A stretch of DNA of 38,468 nt. It comes from Bdellovibrionales bacterium. Lineage in GTDB: Bacteria > Bdellovibrionota > Bdellovibrionia > Bdellovibrionales > JAMPXM01. The position numbers and the translations under genes are program-made. The notes under the pieces were generated by a model that saw nothing but the letters and a program-made list of their open reading frames with translations, had not been told where the DNA came from and ran no database searches. Where the stretch lies: contig JAYUEN010000305.1 of the NCBI GenBank assembly GCA_043739185.1, positions 1 through 38,468 of the forward strand, given 5' to 3'. The stretch's first letter is position 1; every line of letters begins with the position of its first letter. Shown piece by piece: positions 35,722-38,468 of the stretch.

Positions 35722-36864
35722 TTAGGTTCCGGTTTTTTTAATCGAATTCATGATGCCGCCCAAGGTTGATTTTTGCCCAGGCCCCGGAGGGGTTAGACCA
35801 CTAGGTGTTGGCCCGCCTTCTGATGAGATGGGCATTGGCCTTCCTAAAAATTCATAGCCGACTTTTCTTGAAACCCAGCCCTTTTTAATCAAATCATCAA
35901 CCGCATTGTCTTGTGTGATCATGCCTTCGCCGCGACCAGTTTGCATGGTCGAAGGAATTTGAAAGGTCTTTCCGTCGCGGATAAGATTGGCAATTGCTTT
36001 GGTATTCACCATAACTTCAATTGCAGCCACACGACCCGGCCGATCTTCTCTAGGGAGCAAGGCTTGGGCTACAACGCCCCGTAAACTTTCAGATAACATC
36101 ACCCGAATTTGTGCCTGTTGCTCCTGAGGGAAGACATCAATAATTCGATCAATAGTTTTATGTGCATTATTTGTATGAAGTGTCCCAAATACCAAGTGTC
36201 CGGTTTCGGCAGCGGTGAGGGCCAATTGAATGGTCTCAAGGTCACGCATCTCACCAACCAAGATAATATCTGGATCTTCGCGAAGCGCCGCCCTTAAAGC
36301 ATTGCCAAATGATTTCGTATGCCCGTGAACTTCACGCTGATTTACTAAACTTTTTATATTTGGATGAACAAACTCAATTGGGTCTTCGATAGTTAAAATG
36401 TGGCAGCGCTCAGTCATATTAATATGATTGATCATCGCGGCCAATGTCGTCGACTTTCCTGAGCCCGTAGGACCAGTCACGCAAATGAGCCCTTTTGAAC
36501 AATTGATCAAATCACCAACAGCAGAAGGAAGCATTAATTCTTGCATGGTTTTAATTTTTTCAGGGATGACGCGAAATACAGCGCCTAAGCCTTTTCTCTG
36601 CATAAAGACATTGCAGCGAAATCGGGCTTTGCCGGTAAAAGTATAACTGCAATCGAGTTCCCAATTGTCGACGAATGATTTTTTATATTTATCATTTAAA
36701 ATTTCGAAAACTAAAAACTGCACTTCTTCATTTGTTAAAGCCGGAGATTCTAGAGGAACCATTTCTCCGTGAAGTCTCAGGCTCGGAGCCGCGCCGGCTG
36801 CTAAATGCAAATCCGACGCTCCTTGATCGAGCATAATTGTAAAAAGTTCGTCGATTTTTGCCAT
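35722..36864 (-). CDS. pilT: Type IV pilus retraction ATPase PilT
   Basis: GASDLHL, GPTGSGKSTTLAA, TIEDPIEF, ALREDPDIILVGEMRD, AETGHLVFGTLHT, NLIRDGK. Confidence 0.95.
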   Translation of the reverse strand: MAKIDELFTIMLDQGASDLHLAAGAAPSLRLHGEMVPLESPALTNEEVQFLVFEILNDKYKKSFVDNWELDCSYTFTGKARFRCNVFMQRKGLGAVFRVIPEKIKTMQELMLPSAVGDLINCSKGLICVTGPTGSGKSTTLAAMINHINMTERCHILTIEDPIEFVHPNIKSLVNQREVHGHTKSFGNALRAALREDPDIILVGEMRDLETIQLALTAAETGHLVFGTLHTNNAHKTIDRIIDVFPQEQQAQIRVMLSESLRGVVAQALLPREDRPGRVAAIEVMVNTKAIANLIRDGKTFQIPSTMQTGRGEGMITQDNAVDDLIKKGWVSRKVGYEFLGRPMPISSEGGPTPSGLTPPGPGQKSTLGGIMNSIKKTGT

Positions 36865-36884
36865 ACCTCATTGCCCCCATGAGT

Positions 36885-36912
36885 TTATCGGTCTACTTTA
36901 TAGAAAATCTGA
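36885..36912 (-). promoter_or_regulatory. Putative sigma-28 (FliA) promoter for pilT
   Basis: Minus strand TCAG-N16-ACCGATAA, 20 nt upstream of the pilT ATG. Confidence 0.55.
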
Positions 36913-36920
36913 GGTAAAAA

Positions 36921-38456
36921 ATGTCTGCTGAAATATTAATCAATGTTCGTCCAGTTGAGACCAGAGTTGCCTATATTGAGAACGGGCAGTTAACAGATCT
37001 CAAAATCGACCGAAAAACCTCACCGACCTTGGTCGGTTCAATACACCGCGGCAAAGTGATCAGAGTTTTGCCAGGAATGCAGGCGGCATTTGTTGATATT
37101 AGCTTGGATCGAGCAGGCTTTTTGTATGTCGGCGATGTTCGCGGCGATATGGAGGCCGATTCGCATGATTTCTTTGAAAGTCATCAAGACTCCAATAGCA
37201 ATACCCCTAGAATCGAAGAAATCTCCGAACAGAAAGCCGTAGTCGCTCCCAATAAGCCAAAAATTCAAGAGCTGCTGACCGAGGGCCAATACATAATGGT
37301 TCAAGTGGCTAAAGATCCACTGGGTTCAAAGGGTGCGCGCATCACAACCCATATTTCACTTCCAGGTCGAAATCTAGTTTATATGCCGACCCTCAATCAC
37401 TTTGGAATTTCACGCAGAATTGAAGATCCAGCTGAGCGTGATCGGCTCAAGCAAATTATTGAAAGCGTAAAGGCTCCGGGCGGAGTCATTGTTCGAACAG
37501 CAGGAGAAGGTGCTACGGAAGCAAGTTTAAAAAACGATTTAGATTATTTACAGCGGCTTTGGCAGGATATTTCAAAGTCATTTGAAAAGAAAAAGCAAAC
37601 TGGTTTAGTTCATTCCGAACTCAATGTTGAATTGCGCGCGCTTCGTGACCTTTTAAGCGAAGAAGTGAGCCGAGTTATCATTGATGACGACGAGGCCTAT
37701 AAAAATATTTTGAGTTTCACCAATCAGTTTATGCCGGCATTCAAAGACCGAGTTCATCTTTACAAAGAAGCGCGTCCACTTTTTGATCAATATGAAATCG
37801 ACCTTGAAGTTTCGCGCTCAATGGAGAGAAAAATTTGGCTCAAATCAGGCGGGTATATCGTCATTGATGAGGCTGAAGCCTTAGTCGTAATCGACGTCAA
37901 TACCGGACGCTATGTCGGTAAAAAAGATCTTGAAGAAACCATTTTGAAAACCAATCTCGAGGCGGTCAGAGAGATTGCACATAGCATTCGAATTCGCAAT
38001 TGCGGCGGCATTATCATCATCGATTTTATCGATATGGAGAAAGAAAATCACCGTGATAAAGTACTTGAGGCGCTAAAAGAAGAGCTTGCAAAAGATCGTG
38101 CCCGCACTTCGGTATTGGCAATGTCGAGTTTGGGATTGATCGAAATGACTCGCAAGCGCAATCGACCAAGTTTGGTTAAAACTCTGTGTGAACCCTGCTC
38201 CTATTGTGAAGGGCGCGGATATATTAAACAGAAAGCAACAGTTGCGCATGAAATTTTCAGGGATTTAGAGCGTGAAGGTAAAAAGGAATCGCCCAACTCT
38301 ACAACCGTGGTTCATTGCCATCCCGAAGTAGGCGATTGGATCTACGAAGAGGAATCCGAAATGCTTGATTATGTTGAGAAGAAAATCGCGCGCTCAGTCG
38401 TATTGAAACTTGAGCCCAGCTACCACCTTGAGCAGTACGAACTCATTACTTTGTAG
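36921..38456 (+). CDS. rng: Ribonuclease G (Rne/Rng family)
   Basis: S1 domain (VLPGMQAAFVD, QVAKDPLGSKGAR), VIDVNTG, GGIIIIDFIDM, EMTRKR, CSYC; 511 aa with no RNase E scaffold region. Confidence 0.93.
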   Translation: MSAEILINVRPVETRVAYIENGQLTDLKIDRKTSPTLVGSIHRGKVIRVLPGMQAAFVDISLDRAGFLYVGDVRGDMEADSHDFFESHQDSNSNTPRIEEISEQKAVVAPNKPKIQELLTEGQYIMVQVAKDPLGSKGARITTHISLPGRNLVYMPTLNHFGISRRIEDPAERDRLKQIIESVKAPGGVIVRTAGEGATEASLKNDLDYLQRLWQDISKSFEKKKQTGLVHSELNVELRALRDLLSEEVSRVIIDDDEAYKNILSFTNQFMPAFKDRVHLYKEARPLFDQYEIDLEVSRSMERKIWLKSGGYIVIDEAEALVVIDVNTGRYVGKKDLEETILKTNLEAVREIAHSIRIRNCGGIIIIDFIDMEKENHRDKVLEALKEELAKDRARTSVLAMSSLGLIEMTRKRNRPSLVKTLCEPCSYCEGRGYIKQKATVAHEIFRDLEREGKKESPNSTTVVHCHPEVGDWIYEEESEMLDYVEKKIARSVVLKLEPSYHLEQYELITL

Positions 38457-38468
38457 TTTGCCGGGGCC

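Noticed and set aside
1..38468. Transposases, integrases, prophage, rRNA/tRNA genes, known defence systems
   Set aside because: No such motifs were found in any ORF or intergenic region.

Overview
AT-rich chromosomal window from a Bdellovibrionota (Bdellovibrionales-like) predator. The assignment rests on a TIGR02147 protein, mglA directly after recR with no mglB and with Ser21, pilT, many secreted orphans and FliA-type promoters. The left third (1-13.7 kb) is accessory: a partial methyltransferase-like gene missing from the ORF track, a hybrid histidine kinase, LysR, and several secreted proteins or lipoproteins. These include a Cys-repeat protein, a trypsin-like protease and a permuted-papain/degenerate IucA-like fusion. 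The remainder is largely housekeeping: srkA-murI, SRP RNA-dnaX-ybaB-recR-mglA-nadA, asnS-pccB-accC-BCCP-mcm, a subtilase, deoC-deoA-PNP, acyP, pilT and rng. The most unusual signal is a modular dispersed intergenic repeat family. Motif A is a 42-nt core ending GCTGCC(G/A)TTAAAA with 4 copies and codon-like variation; motif B is GTTGGGGGAAAACGAACCTCATA with 3 copies. All copies lie between co-directional genes. One motif B copy sits directly upstream of a small ORF that I recall as resembling the N-terminal helical domain of Bdellovibrionota DUF222-like HNH endonucleases. All calls are from motif reading by eye; no database searches were run.
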